The notes below the pieces were generated by a model. The model was not told the origin of the DNA, ran no database searches, and saw nothing but the letters and a program-made list of their open reading frames with translations. Both the position numbers and the translations under genes were made by a program. 36,921 bases of DNA from Toensbergia leucococca (taxonomy: Eukaryota), in NCBI GenBank assembly GCA_022813965.1, contig JALDZS010000217.1, positions 1 to 36,921 on the forward strand, in the 5' to 3' direction. Of the stretch, positions 36,499 to 36,921 are shown piece by piece; the first letter of the stretch is position 1; every line of letters starts with the position of its first letter.

Positions 36499-36921
36499 GC
36501 ATAGTCTCAGTCATGAACACCTTAAAAAGTATTCACAGATCAAGGTTGAAGTTGAAATCACAGCTCTGACAGCCTTACAGATACAAAAAGTCTGATATAT
36601 TATCTTTAGCCTTGTAGACTATATCTGAGATGACACAAATTTGTTGACTAATGTATCTAAAATATATTCTTATGTAGATTAAGACAAGGAGGTGAATTAC
36701 CTTCGCAAAACGCATGAAATGACTCACAAACACACTTTGTCACGGGACTAGGCATGGAATTTTCTAGAAGTGACAATGTAAAGGTAACTTCAGACACATT
36801 AATCATGTGTACTGAATTGCCTAGATTGAATCGCGTGTACTATTGATATTCAATTGCTAGCCACGCGAGATGATGATTAACCCAAGCAATCACATACTAT
36901 GTTTGCTCCTAACATCTTATT

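Larger units (their letters stand above)
34140..36921. mobile_element. AT-rich RIP-degraded transposon block with nested solo LTRs
   Basis: Low GC, CpG depletion, no real ORFs; contains the LTR copies listed separately. Confidence 0.8.

Overview
Filamentous ascomycete nuclear DNA (short GT-AG introns with CTRAY branch sites; AT-rich RIP-like repeat relics); possibly a lichen-forming fungus, but that is only inference. A ~32 kb gene island lies between two RIP-degraded transposon blocks. It holds an NCS1 permease, two hypothetical genes, a PTH11-like membrane protein, a secreted beta-lactamase-family serine hydrolase, a Cys-rich secreted protein, an aldehyde dehydrogenase and RCF2. The most unusual part (13.1-23.8 kb) is a run of defence-type genes: two BTB/POZ-coiled-coil genes, a decayed HET-domain gene head-to-head with an intact Mx-like dynamin GTPase, and an ankyrin-repeat pseudogene. 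A third, broken BTB paralogue lies at 32.7 kb. The flanks carry solo LTRs of three families, several with readable 5-bp TSDs; one family is identical in inverted orientation at the two window ends. Exon boundaries and family assignments come from manual reading and motif recognition, not database searches.
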